From: Lepidodermella squamata
Taxonomy: Eukaryota > Animalia > Gastrotricha
DNA length: 64,000 bases
Assembly (NCBI GenBank): GCA_047495785.1
Contig: JBLDXI010000055.1
Location: forward strand, 868,001-932,000
Reading direction: 5' to 3'
Shown here piece after piece: positions 11,144-23,713 of the stretch. Under the pieces are notes generated by a model. The model saw only the letters and a program-made list of their open reading frames with translations. It made no database searches and was not told the DNA's origin. How positions within the stretch are numbered: position 1 is the first letter of the stretch; every line of letters starts with the position of its first letter. The position numbers and the translations under genes were made by a program.

Positions 11144-13196
11144 ATCCTTCACATGCCAATCGAAAAATGTCTTCCAAGCTCCCCTAGTTTCCGGCCCAGC
11201 TTTGACGCCGGGTTGCCGGGCGTTGGGCACAACCGTTCACCACTTCGGAATGCTGAATCTTGCAACAGCATGTCTAAATCCAAGGTTCACAATGAACCGA
11301 AAGCTCCTACCCGGAATGTATCGAATTCGAGCATCGAGTGAAGCAGGTAACCCGCCTGTGGTTGCTTTCATGAAGCAACTTGGGAGGTGGAAGAAAATCG
11401 CAATCATCGCAAATGGAGAGAACGAGTTCAATACAGCTGTAGCTATTCACTTACATCAAACTGCTGTTACTGAGGGGATAAAAGTTGTATGGTTCGATGC
11501 TACTCCTTCAATAGATGAGAACTACATACGAATGCTTCAAGAAAGCGGTGCGAGGGTTGTCTATGTCCAAGCCATCGAATTCGCCTACTTCATGAATTTT
11601 TTATGCTTCGCCTACAACGCGGGAATGACAGGGCAGAGATATGTATTTCTAGTTCCATTTTCACTGGGTGGTCGCGATCCATTGTTATCCGTACCATCAA
11701 CTGGATCTTGTACGAGATCCATGATTAGTGAACAAATCAAAAGCATCTTGTACGTCGGTCCTACGAGTATTGCGATGGAAAATAACGGGCCAACTAGGCT
11801 CGGATATGACCTGCCAGCTTTTGAAGAGCAATACTTAAAGTATGTCAATGGGACCAAAAAAGAGGACTACGCCGATCGCCATCTTTGCCACGATCGACTA
11901 CTACATCCTCTCCTAGCGCTTCATGAGACCGAACTAGCCTTGGCCAAACTAAATAAGTCCCTGAGAAGTTTTCGAGAGGATAGATACCTTGTCCAGCAGG
12001 TTCTGAATCAAACAATAGCCAGCATGCCATTCACGAGTATTCGCATCGGGAATATGTCCTACAGTGATCGGTTAGAGATTGAGAATGATATATCCTTCAT
12101 CTCGACACACGCTGCGATTCAGCGTCCGGCTTATGTTCTGAAAATCGCCGAAAAATCGGAAAATAATACGATAAAATATCGATTCATAAGCTCTCCTTCA
12201 CTGCCCTTTCGATGGAATTCTCCGGACGGCAAACCTCCAAGAGACAGTGCTTCGGTGTCAATTTTGTTGAAACAAATTCCATCAATCGTATTTGCAATCT
12301 ACTCTGCTTTTGCCGTAATTTCTTCAGTAGCAAAACTATTGGCAGTTTTTCTGATAATTATCAAGGCATATTATCGGGAAATTCCTAATTGGGATCTATT
12401 TTTCAAGGGAGATGTAATTCTGCTGACCATTGGATGCGTTCTTCTTGATGCTTCATCGATTTTTACTGCGAAAAGCTCAGAAGGAGATGAAGTCAGTGTT
12501 GCAATTTGCACCATTCGAAATTCTCTAGCAGTCATAGGCCTAGTGATAATTCACGGTCTAATGCTCGCGTGGGTTGCCGTCAGCTCAATCGGAACTTCAT
12601 CGGGCAAAACATCTCGAGACGTAACTTTCCTTGGACTTCCGAAATCTGTGTCCAGTGTTTTACCGAAGAGGCAAACTTCAACGGTAGTAAGACTTAGTAT
12701 CAAAGCCCCGCCTCGTAATGCGATCGCCGCCATAATAGCTGTTTTCGCTGCTGTCAACATAGCAACGTTAATTGTCCTACTAACAGATAATGGAGGCTTC
12801 GAAATTCGAAAGACGAGGCTTGAGGACGATTCCTACTACGACGATGTCACAGATACTGTCTACGAGGTTTTCCAAGTTTTTTGCGCTGCGCCAGCCTATG
12901 GGACATTCTTCATAATGACGATCACAAGTAACACCCTTCTGCTGCTCTTGATATCCCTTAGAGCTTATCAGTTGAAGAATGCTGAAAACTCGTCTGGTTT
13001 GGCTTCGGTTAACCACTTACGTCTGGTTATTTCTGGAGAAGCAACTCTTTGGATATCTGGAGTTTTGATGGTAGTAGTGCTTTCTTCCACCCATGCGATG
13101 GCTCAACAACTAGCAGTTGCAACATCTCTACTTCTGATATCTGCCTTGGTATCGGCTGGAATGTTTTACCGTCCTATCTCATTCCTATTCACTTGA
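11144..13196 (+). pseudogene. 3' part of LINE-interrupted class C (GABA-B-like) GPCR: rest of Venus flytrap domain + 7TM
   Basis: Open frame colinear with 21012-23417 (PLVSGP..TPGC, CLNPRFT.NR, HLCHDR, W...GKPPRD) followed by seven hydrophobic segments. Confidence 0.85.
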
Positions 13197-13337
13197 AGAA
13201 GATACTCAGAATAATTTAAACTTTTGTGCTGCATGCGTAACGTGCTGAATCACTCTCATTTAACGTTTAGCGTGGTATCGTTATAGCTACCAGCGTAGAG
13301 GTAACTTCTTATTGGAAGAATGATAGTAACGTATAAC

Positions 13338-14799
13338 ATGAAAAGATTAAAGCTCGTCTTTTTTCATTGCTTCTTTCTTGTAAGCTTGGGGTACGATTTT
13401 GCCTCAGCTGGCTGTAGTGTTTATCGAACCTCCGAAGCCCATCAAGGCGATGCTGAGAGATCTCCAATGGCGTTGGAACGGCACGACGTTAGCTGCCCAA
13501 CGGGGAAATATCTTTCACAGTTCAAGCTCAACAGAAATAGCCCTTTCATTTACTATACGTACACTTGCTGTGATGTAAGCTCAAAAGTCGATGAATGTTC
13601 GAAGTTTATTAATAATTTCACTATTGAAAGGCTGATCTAGACTCGTGTGAAAATTTGAATACTCAAATCAATCGGAACATAGGTGTTGTATCGCTTGATC
13701 GCCACTACGTCACATGTCCTAGCTACGAAAAAGTCCTAACCCGATTCAAGCTAGAGGGCGAACTTTCTTTTGCATACACTTGCTGCAGGGTATAGATAGG
13801 AAAATGGACATTTTTCAAGTTTCAATAATATCTTTTCTAGTTGACCTCAAATGAATGCTATCTCACTCAGACCAGCTGGAATACAACAGGTGGAACGGAT
13901 CGAGGGAATTTAATTAATTTGGAAAGACAAGACGTTGCCTGCCCGAAGTAATTTTTTCATTCTTAAATTTTCTTCAAATTTCTCACTAATGTTCTCATAG
14001 CAATGGCGCTATGGGTTCGTTTCACCTAGACCGGGAGGGTGATTTTATGCGGTATACCTACAGCTGCTGTAACCTAGCTGAACCCCCGCCTTGTGATGTA
14101 CCTGTCGATATGAAAGAACTCGTCGCGGCTTGTTCGACCCTCGAATCTTCAATATCCATGCGATGCGATTACCAACGAGAAATCGGCACCATGGACATGA
14201 ATCTCACAGCTCAGAGTAAAATGGTGGGAACAACAGTCTCGGCTGATATTGCCGCCGGTCTTCGACAGGTTTTCGAATTCAAGTTGGGCATCAGTGCTAC
14301 AACGCAATTCGATTGGCACACGCAAAGCTCGTACTCGTTCACGACGAAGCAGTCATCAACAGCCACCTTTGATTGCCCGCCTCGGACAATTTGCATGCTA
14401 TACCAAATCGTTGGAATTTGCGGGAAGTACAGCGTGAAGACGAATTACTTCGAATTGCGGACTTCGGACTCGACTACATCGATGATTACTCGGCGGGTGA
14501 CAACCCCGGTAACAACTACACCAGAGACGACGGCAGTGACAATTATGAGACTTATTTCTGACTCGATGACTAGTATGCACATGCTGGTGACGGATCGGAA
14601 AGTTGACACGCTGAACCGGTCGACGTTCGAACCGACGTTGATTACTTCAAATACAACGCTAGCGCCTACAACGCAGAGTTCGAACTCGACTTTTATGCCG
14701 TCGGATTTAGTAGCTTTATCAGGGGCTCTGAGAAACGCGACAACAACAGCAAAGCAGAGTGTAACACAAGTAACAACTACTAAAAAGCCTCCTGGTTAG
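13338..14799 (+). CDS. Secreted protein: three Cys-rich repeats, aerolysin/ETX-MTX2-like Ser/Thr-rich beta region, Thr-rich tail; 4 exons
   Basis: Signal peptide; repeats L(E/D)R(H/Q).V.CP....L..F.L....Y(T/S)CC. Introns 13575-13630, 13790-13840 and 13948-14000 give one frame. The pore-forming-like assignment is by pattern only. Confidence 0.7.
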
Positions 14800-14973
14800 G
14801 AACAATAAAATTAATGTAAGATCGCAATAAATTTTGGAAGGCTTCAAACACATGAACTGTCTCATTAAAAATCTGAGGAAATGCGTCTTGGTAAAAATAG
14901 GAAAAGCGAATAAAAACGCAGCTGAAAAAGGACGAAAGGGTTCTCATAAAACTTTTCGCATCGAATTTTTAAA

Positions 14974-15983
14974 ATGCCGGCAAACAAGAAACTGATAGCT
15001 GTTGTTGGCGCAAATGGTTCTCAGGGCGGAGGGTTGGCTAGGGCCATCTTGAAAGCGGGTGACAAGACAGATTTCGGCGTTCGAGCTATTGTCCGCGATC
15101 CAAACTCACATGGCGCTCAAGCCTTGAAATCCTGGGGTGCTGAGGTCGTTCAGGCCGATATCAACGACGAAGCTTCTATGGTGAAAGCCTTCCAGGGATG
15201 CTACGGCGCCTATTGTGTCACCTTTTTCTGGGAGAGGATGGACCCTGAGGAGGAGAAGCGCCAGGCGATGAACATGGCTAAAGCTGCTCAGTTAAGATAA
15301 ATCCTCGAGAGTTTATTCATTCATCTTTTTTTTACTTCAGAAAAGCTGGTTTGAAACATGTTGTTTGGTCAACGTTGGAAGATACCAGAAAGGTGATTCC
15401 ACTAGAAAGCCCCAGCATGCCAACTCTTATGGGCAAGTACAAGGTGCCTCATTTCGACGCCAAGGGCGAGGCAGATCACTACTTCATGGAGCTAGCTGTG
15501 CCAACAACCTTCATGGTCGCAACCTTCTTCTGGGACAACTTCATCGCATTCGGTATGGGGCCGAAGAAAATGCCTGATGGTACGATGGCCATCTCTCTAC
15601 CTCTCGGCAAAACGCATTTGCATGGAATTGCCGCTGAAGATATCGGAAAGTGCGCTCTTGGAATTTTCAATCGCCCTGATGAGTTTATAAATCGACGCGT
15701 GGGCGTTGCTGGTGAGTCGCTGACTGGCGAACAAATGGCGAAGAAAATGTCCCAAGTTCTTGGCAAGGAGATTCGCTACAACGAGCTTGGCTTTGATGAG
15801 TACCGAAAACTCAGCTTTCCTGGGTCTAAGGAGCTCGGCAACATGTTTCAGTACTACCACGACGCTGCTGCTGAGCTGGCTGCTATTCACAATGTCGAAC
15901 TGTCACGCGAGCTGAACCCTGAGCTGATGAATTTCGAACAGTGGCTCAAGAAAAACAAGGACCGCATTCCGATCGGTGAATGA
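14974..15983 (+). CDS. NmrA/HSCARG-like NAD(P)-binding protein, copy 1 (intron 15291-15340)
   Basis: VVGANGSQGG Rossmann motif, VVWSTLEDTR, VPHFDAKGEAD, EDIG, GNMFQY, LNP.L..FEQWL. Confidence 0.92.
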
Positions 15984-17117
15984 AAAAACCAATTGTCACC
16001 AAAATCACCAAGAACTGAATAACTTGAAGAGCAACTGTAAAGTTACGCCCCAATTTCATTTCCATGCTCAATGTTAAATCTTGATTACTTCATAAAATAA
16101 AGATACGAGTAAAGATTACAGTGAAATTTTAATTAAATTCGAGTTCGAAGTTGGATAAAGCTGAGATGGCACCATTTTTGGATAAAGTAGGATTTAAAAA
16201 TATTATTTGCGAAAATTTCCCTTTTTCAGTCTTCAACCTTTGTTACCTGAGAATTGTTGAACCTTTAGAAAATGCTGGAATGCTTCAAAAAATGATTAAT
16301 GAAAAGGGCTGAGCACATGCGCAATGAGAAAATTTTCCAAAATCTTGCTGTCACTCAATTTTGAAAAATTCTTCATGACAGAGAAAGCTCATGCAAAGGT
16401 CCGATGTGGGCTCTGTTTTTATCACTAATTTCGGCCGCTTCCTGGATCCGACCGCTGCGACCTAACTTCAGCCTCAGGCCGATATTTGGACACCAAGTGC
16501 TGTGTAGCGGTTTTTTGCGCGCAACTCAAGAAATTTGCATTGTGAAGCAAAGGTAAACAAAGGCGATTTCCAAGCTTGCCGGGACGAATTAAGGGTATCA
16601 AACTTAAGGTATTAGCGTAACTGGATGAGGTGGCCGAAATTAGGGCAACCGGTCCCTAATTCCGGCCAGGAGTCTAGGTGACTACAAAATTAGTTTTAAA
16701 TCGAGGTAAAATCATTCGGACTTGCGAAAACCGGCATTTGATAGTCCAAGGACTCTGTATTTGCCGAATATTTTCTAAAAATTATTCACCTGATTGGCAA
16801 AGTTGGAAAGACCCTAATAAGTGGCCAAACTTAGGGTGTGATGCTTTATAGACATGAAACATGAAATCACCGATTTACAGCTGCGTACAACCTATCTGCG
16901 TAAATCCAAACGAAGAAATGAACAATTTTTCAATTAAAATTTTTAAAATGAACAATCACGAATCACGGTGTTACGCTTTATAATTATTTGAAACCTGTCT
17001 CCTGTTGTCGCACCAGCTGTTGCGAGAGCTCGCGTGACCAATTTTCTCAACTCTTTTGGTCATTTTCTCAAATTTCACTCAAATTCAAAACAAAGTTGTT
17101 ACGCCTTTAGTTTAGCA

Positions 17118-20100
17118 ATGAAGTCGATAGTTCTCCTACTAACTTGTTTATTACTAGTTTTCACGCTCGATTTCGCCGATGGTATACGAGCATCTTCGCG
17201 CAATAATGCACGAAAAAAGCAGCAGATCAGCGAAGCTCTGAAGACTGAACTGCTAGCAGCAATTCAAAGCGACGAGACTTATTCAGTTGCTGACGTGCTG
17301 CAAAGATTTCCAAGTGGCCATTCAGTCAATTCGATAATAACTTACTCATTACGCCAGATTGACGCCAAGGAGCCGGCTGAGGAACCGGTTGACGAGCAGG
17401 AAATAGCCGACGAAGAGGTCGACACCTCGCCGACAGTCGCTGTTGATGTCACGCCGTTGTTTCTCGCCGCTCATTTTGACAAAGAAAATGTCGCTAAATA
17501 CCTGATTTCTCAGGGCGCTAATTTTACTGGTCGCTCGAATTTCTTCTTCGAACGCACTGCATTCCTTCAAGCCGCGGCTCGATCAAGCTTGAACACCTTC
17601 GATTTGTTCCTGAGGCAACAACGCCACTGGAAAGAAATCGTCACCGCTGTCAGTTTGGAGTTACGTGAGACCGTGTTTCATATCATAGCTGCCGATAAAT
17701 CAGAGGAAAACAGTCGCCAAATGTTGGAGAAATTGGAGGCGCTGTTCAAAAAGAAGAAGGCGAAATCTGTTATGGTGGAAATGTTGAATTCGCACGACAT
17801 CCACGGCCAAACGCCAATTCATCGAGCTGTAATCAATGGCAACGCGAACACAGCCCGTCTCCTTCTTATCATGGGTGCAGATTGCCATCGGTGGAACTTG
17901 GACAACGGCAGGTCAGCCCTGCATTTAGCAGCTTATCTCCGAAAGGTTGACGTTGTCAAGGTTTTGCTCGAGTCGAATCGTTGCGATCCTGAAACTCAAG
18001 ATTCTTGCGAGTTTTCTCTTGAAGATTACGCCGCCCGATCGCCATCCATCAGGCAGATCTTCGACAAATTCCAACCACAAAATCTTGAAATTCCGCTATC
18101 AAGCGAGAAGCTGAATATACCCTGCCTTGGCAAGCCGAAACAAGACGCTAATACTGGAGATGGCAAACGTATTCTCGCTGAAGTTGAAGCTTTGAAGCAG
18201 AAAAACAAAGAATCGGCAGCTGAAATACTCGAATTGAAGGCCGACTTGGAGAAGAAAAATCAGTTGACCTCGAAAATTTCCGATCTCGAAAAGACTGTTG
18301 CCGAGAAGACTGAGAAGATGGACGAGTTGAAAAACGAAACTGCTGAAAATCTCAGGCTGAAAAATGAAGAAATTACGGATTTGAAGCAAACTGTTGGCGC
18401 CAAGGTCGAAGAAATCAAAACGCGTGATGGGGAAATTTTGAGCTTGAAGTCGGCGGTCGAGAAGAAAGCCGAAGCTCTTCGAAGCCGAGAACAAGAAATC
18501 GCAGAGCTGAAGAAGAAGTGCAGCATTACAGATAATTCACAACGAATTTTGCCAACTACAACTACGCCAACAAACGAGCTTCCGAGTACAACTTCGGCCC
18601 ATTCAGAAGGTAAATTGATACAGATAATCAAAATTCCTCAACTTCAACTTTTACCAGAAACACCAGAGGCTCATACAACAGAGTCATCCTTGCCTCTTGA
18701 GGTCAAGACTACAACCGAAGAAGTGCCTGTTATTCCTTCGAGCACGTCTCCTTCGCCAACTTTGTCAATTACTGATCATGTTCCAGATGAGCAACTCCCT
18801 GAGTACACTTTTCAGCCAGATGTCGAGCAATTGCCGGGTTCGAATGGTGACGCTGATCCAGGCCATAGTTCGGCAAAGACTAGGCGTTCGGCCATTCTCA
18901 ATGGGCCAATCGAGTCTCTTGTCGTTATTGGATCTTCCGACGAGACATCCGCAGAGGAGAAGCCGCCGGTTGTATTTCAGCCACCACGAACAGCTCCGCA
19001 ATTCAAGCATACTACTTCCACAGTGGCACCACCGTCTGAGACGGAACCCTTTGTCGAGTATGCCCGAGTTGTTGTCGAAACCTACAACGAATCGTCACTT
19101 CCACTTGGCGCTGCGAAAGACGCCCATGACACGAAATTGGCGATATCAAGTAAAATAGACAGTGAAAATAATACTACGGAATGCATCGGCGGTATCGACA
19201 CGGCTACAGTCAAAGCGTTGAGGAATCAAGTTCATAATTTGTCGTTATTGCTGGATCGTGAGCGGCAGTTGTGGAAAAGCGATCGCGATTTCGTCGCAAT
19301 CACGACAAAGCGCCACACAAACGCGGCGCTGTTGATTGAAAAAGCGTTGAAATTCACCGGAATTATCGAGAGTATCCGGAAAGGCGCTGATGCTGGTGAC
19401 TCGGAAGACCTTTGGATTCGAAACCACCTCATTCGAGTCGATATTCACAATTTGGTGCAAATCCCTGTAAGCTTCTGAAAAGCCGTTGGAAATGTATAAT
19501 CTCGCCCTATTTTTGTTACCTAGAGACCGATCATGCCGGGCCAAAAGCATGCGCCCCCACCTTTGTCCAAGGTCGTGTTCACAATTTACGGCAATGGATT
19601 CACGGCGTCGGAAGCCTCTCGCTTATGTGGTCGTTTTGAAGGCGGTGTACTCGCTAATGTTCGCTCGAAATTCGAAGCAGACCTGCTCGAGCTTCCAAGT
19701 ATGAAAATTGTTAATTGAATTTTCAATTTTTTATTAATGATAATTTTTAGATGATGCACTTGATGACGGTCTCTGGGTTGGCCTGGTTCAAGGCCCGACA
19801 ATGGTGACCAACTCGACACTGACCAAATTCTGGTGGGCTGATGGATCGCCGCTATTCATCGCACCGGATGACATTTCAAATAGAAATTTCGCTGGACAGC
19901 TGGTGACATTTCATAATGAAGATCCAATGGTTGTTTTCGCCCGGTCTACAACCGAGCAGGACTCAAACGAACCTGGCTGTGGTAAACTGATCGGCATGAT
20001 CGAAGCGGTTTGAATTATTTTCTGAAATCCTATTGGTCAATTAATTGGTTTATTTCAGAAACTAGTTCCAGAGCAATGTGAGGCTCGATTAACGGCCGCG

Positions 20101-20875
20101 ATTTGCGAGCTCCCTCTAGTAAGTCAATTGATCCTCTATCTAGTTCGATGATTTATTAGTTTTTTAGTCGAAGCCTTGGTTCATGATTGCGACCGATAAC
20201 ACAGTTAATGAAACTAAGGGCATGAGTTGGACTCGAGCACTTGAGCTTTGCGCGACGAAGCAGGAGCTTGTCGACATTCACACCATCACTTTTCGCGACG
20301 ATGACGTGCATTTGGCATGTAAGTTTTCGTTCTTTATCCCCAGCAGATTTTGGAAATTTAATTTTGGAAATATTCAGCTCTTCTGGAGCCTCTTTTACAT
20401 CAATTGGCTGTTGCCAAAGTTCCGTCTATAATTTATGAAGCTGCAACTGCTATTGGAGGTGAGTATAAAACCTGATGAGCCGTTTTCTTTTACGATTTTT
20501 TCGTTTCTCAGCTTGGCGCTTTGATGAACCGTGCTGGGTCGGTCTTCGCGAAGAACGTCGTCCAAACATGCCATATGCCGATGTTCTGCGATGGATAGAC
20601 GGCGCCGTTGTCGTCAACTCAACGGCAACGCCCCTATTCGATTGGTACCAAGATATGATCGATCGATCTGAAGATCCGAATCTACCACCTCGCTGCGTTG
20701 CTTTCAGTGCCTCATCGGCCAGCTTGAAAAAAGTAAGCTCATGAAATTCATTTGAGGCCAATTTTTAAATAATTTTAACCAGGAACAACTTGGGGTCAAG
20801 GTCAACCTGATTCCGTGCCACTTGGAAATTAAATGTGCCCTTTGCCAGACTGCTTTGCCGAACAATGTCTACTGA
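17118..20875 (+). CDS. Secreted ankyrin-repeat / coiled-coil / Pro-Thr-rich / two C-type lectin domain protein, 8 exons
   Basis: Signal peptide MKSIVLLLTCLLLVFTLDFADG; ankyrin motifs TPLFLAA, GQTPIHRAV, GRSALHLAA; CTL motifs LWVGL..W.DG and CWVGL..WIDG. Introns 19467-19523, 19699-19750, 20008-20058, 20119-20167, 20319-20377, 20459-20511, 20733-20782 maintain frame. Confidence 0.78.
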
Positions 20876-21011
20876 GCTTTTCTATACTGACTTCATAGCT
20901 CACCTCTTCATGTCCATTTATATTAGTATTGTTGAATTTTTATTTCGGTTAGCCATTTGACACAATAAATTTGTTTTTTTACCTCTCAATCTTGGGATCT
21001 GTATCGACCTA

Positions 21012-23417
21012 CTAGTGCATACTTGAGAAGGGACGTTGTGGTGTCACTGTTTGACGCGGAAAAGCTCTGTAAAGCATCAACGCCGGAGTCGAAGTGGCCA
21101 TAATAAGTAGGAAAGTGGCGACCGTTAACTGTTGCAAACTCGCTGAGCTGGACGACAACGCGACTACGGACAAAATAGCAGCAGCAACAAGAGTGAATTC
21201 GCTCGCTATAGCTAACCGGATTTGATTACTGTTCGCGAGAGTGACCTCAGCTGGTTCTTTCTTGTGCCTCAACCGATAAGCCATGAAAGCCGAGACGAAC
21301 AGCAACATCCCATGGCTAGCAAGAACTACGCCAAAGAACGTGTTGATCTTATCAGACCGGCAGTAAAATTCGAAAACATCGTTAAAAGTATCTCTAGGTT
21401 CGTCGTAATTCGACTCCTTTTCCACCTTAATTATCCAAACCTTGCTAGGCCCGTTCCAAAACAGGATGACCAGAGCGGTTACATTAAGGATTGAAAAGAT
21501 GAAAATAGCTGCAACAAAAAGCCATCGATTATGCTTGATATCCGAGCTGTTAAAGTGCCATTTCGATGATCGATTACTGCTGTGATGATGGTGTCGCGTC
21601 ATATTACCATCCTGATGAGCAGTTGAGGAAGCCATTAGAGCCGACGGCATCCTAGAAGAAGCACGACTGTAAGAATGCGTGGCTGATGAAGCGTGACGAG
21701 CGGCAACCCAGCTGAACAAAAGTCCGTGCAGCACAGTGAAGCCAAGTGTCGCGAAAATCATCCTCAGACTGCAGTACGTTGATCCTTCACCGTCTAATCC
21801 GGGGCTTTTCGCGAATAAAAAAGACGCGAAATTCAAGGTAAATGCAGCAACGATTAAAGGAATCGCATCGCCCTTGAAAATAAGTACAGATGTGAAGCTA
21901 CGAAATTTAGAGCGGAAAATAACTGCAGATAGCACAGCAGCTAGGATGGCACATGAGATAGTTGCCATTACAATGAATAAAATGAAAATATTTTGAGAAA
22001 TTCGCTTGATATTTTCCTTGTAAATAGCGCGGTCTCTAGGCGGCTTTCGATCAAGAGTGTGCCATTTGAAAGGATCGATTTGCGAATTTACAAAGGTGAA
22101 ATCACGCTTGGTTGAATCGTTATTATTCTGAAACAATATTTTAATGTTGAAAGCTTGGTTCAACGCGGCGGCTTGCGTTGAGACGTAGCAAGCATCATCT
22201 TCGATCTCGAGACGTGGGCTGTATTCAAATCTTCCCATTCTCAAGCCGACGAAGGGCGTCGTAGCTATCGTTTCATTCAGCACCTTCTGTATAGTTTTCC
22301 TATTACTCGCGAAATCTCTGAGAGACATATTGATCTTCACTAGCCTTTTCTCTAGCTCGTCAAGAACTAACAGGGGCTGTAAAACTCGATCGTGACATAG
22401 ATGGCGCTCGGGATAATCGTCCCGTTTGGTTCCGTTTACAAACTTCAGGAATAGCTCGTTGAATCCTTCAAGGTCGTAACCAAGCTGCGTTTTTCCAAAA
22501 TTTTCCATCGAGTAAACAACAGCCCCGACGTAGTAAATTGTTTTCATCAGCTCGTTAACCATTTTCTTGTTACATGGCGCAGAATCGCTGGCAGAAGCTA
22601 ATAAAGACGGATCGCGATTAGCTTGGTTGTACGGGGCGAGAAAGACAAATCGCTGCCCAACAACACCGCCTTTGTGACATAAGCAAAGGAAGTTTGTGAA
22701 GAACGGGAATTCGATGGCTTGAACGAAAATCACGCGGATTTGGCTGTTTTTCAGCATTCGAATAGAATTTTCGTCGACAAATGGCGTTGCCTCGAACCAG
22801 GCGACCTCAATATTTTCATCCAAAGCTGTCTGATAGAGATGAATAGCAACTGCGGTGTTGTATTCGTTTTCGGAATTTGCAATTATTCCAATTCTCTTCC
22901 ATAGGCCGATTCGTTTGATGAAAGCGATTACAGGATAGTTCGCAACTTCAGCCGAAGCTCGGCCTCGATAGACGCCCGGGTAGAGGCGCCTGTTATTTGT
23001 GAATCTCGGATTCAGGCAAGAAGTTGCGAGACTAATCAGGTCCAAGTGGTGAATAAAAGGTGCCACAGCTTTGCAACCTGGTGTAAAAGCTGGTCCGGTC
23101 ACAAGCGGGGATTCGTATACCGTGGTATCAGCAATCACCTGTGATGAAGTGTAGTTTCGGTCGAATTCTACCACTAGCTTGGCAGCGTAAATGCCATTGG
23201 CGCCCTCGTAATCGCTGTAAAGTGTCACGTGGTAATCGGGTAGAACGTCTGTTCGATTGTTGACAATTTCAACAACCATATCCTGGGCTGCATTGCAGCT
23301 GAATCCTGGGACTTGGTTTCTTAGGTTCAGCATCCTCAGCTGGTAGGGTTTTCTAGTTTGCCCCTGCTTGATTTGGAGAACCAGCATAATGGCTAGTATG
23401 AAAGTGTTGATATTCAT
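21012..23417 (-). CDS. Intact intronless class C GPCR-like receptor (Venus flytrap + 7TM, GABA-B-type architecture)
   Basis: Signal peptide, VNNRTDVLPDY, W+RIGII, IRVIFV, W..RKPPRD linker without a Cys-rich domain, seven TM segments with TM3/ECL2 cysteines. Confidence 0.85.
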   Translation of the reverse strand: MNINTFILAIMLVLQIKQGQTRKPYQLRMLNLRNQVPGFSCNAAQDMVVEIVNNRTDVLPDYHVTLYSDYEGANGIYAAKLVVEFDRNYTSSQVIADTTVYESPLVTGPAFTPGCKAVAPFIHHLDLISLATSCLNPRFTNNRRLYPGVYRGRASAEVANYPVIAFIKRIGLWKRIGIIANSENEYNTAVAIHLYQTALDENIEVAWFEATPFVDENSIRMLKNSQIRVIFVQAIEFPFFTNFLCLCHKGGVVGQRFVFLAPYNQANRDPSLLASASDSAPCNKKMVNELMKTIYYVGAVVYSMENFGKTQLGYDLEGFNELFLKFVNGTKRDDYPERHLCHDRVLQPLLVLDELEKRLVKINMSLRDFASNRKTIQKVLNETIATTPFVGLRMGRFEYSPRLEIEDDACYVSTQAAALNQAFNIKILFQNNNDSTKRDFTFVNSQIDPFKWHTLDRKPPRDRAIYKENIKRISQNIFILFIVMATISCAILAAVLSAVIFRSKFRSFTSVLIFKGDAIPLIVAAFTLNFASFLFAKSPGLDGEGSTYCSLRMIFATLGFTVLHGLLFSWVAARHASSATHSYSRASSRMPSALMASSTAHQDGNMTRHHHHSSNRSSKWHFNSSDIKHNRWLFVAAIFIFSILNVTALVILFWNGPSKVWIIKVEKESNYDEPRDTFNDVFEFYCRSDKINTFFGVVLASHGMLLFVSAFMAYRLRHKKEPAEVTLANSNQIRLAIASEFTLVAAAILSVVALSSSSASLQQLTVATFLLIMATSTPALMLYRAFPRQTVTPQRPFSSMH

Positions 23418-23713
23418 AGCTGTGATTATGATTTTAGGAAAAATTCTAAATGCAGTTTGCAAATATTGCTTTTACTGCCTAAAATAAAGCCAACGCCAAC
23501 TTGTTCCGATGAGGGGTATTTTCCATCTCTCTCAAGGATCAGGTTACCAAAATAATGTAAAATGGAAAATAGATGCGTGTCGGCGGACAATGCATCCATA
23601 GCACGTTAATATCCTACTCATTTTAATATTCGAGCCAAATAATATTTAGCTTGAAATTTTAGGTTGAAAAGACAAAATAAGCGGCTAAAGTCAATTTATT
23701 CAGTTAATAGTTC

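Noticed and set aside
16420-16840. Recurrent GGCCGAAATTAGGG-like motifs in both orientations
   Set aside because: Probably a decayed DNA transposon, but no termini or TSD could be defined.
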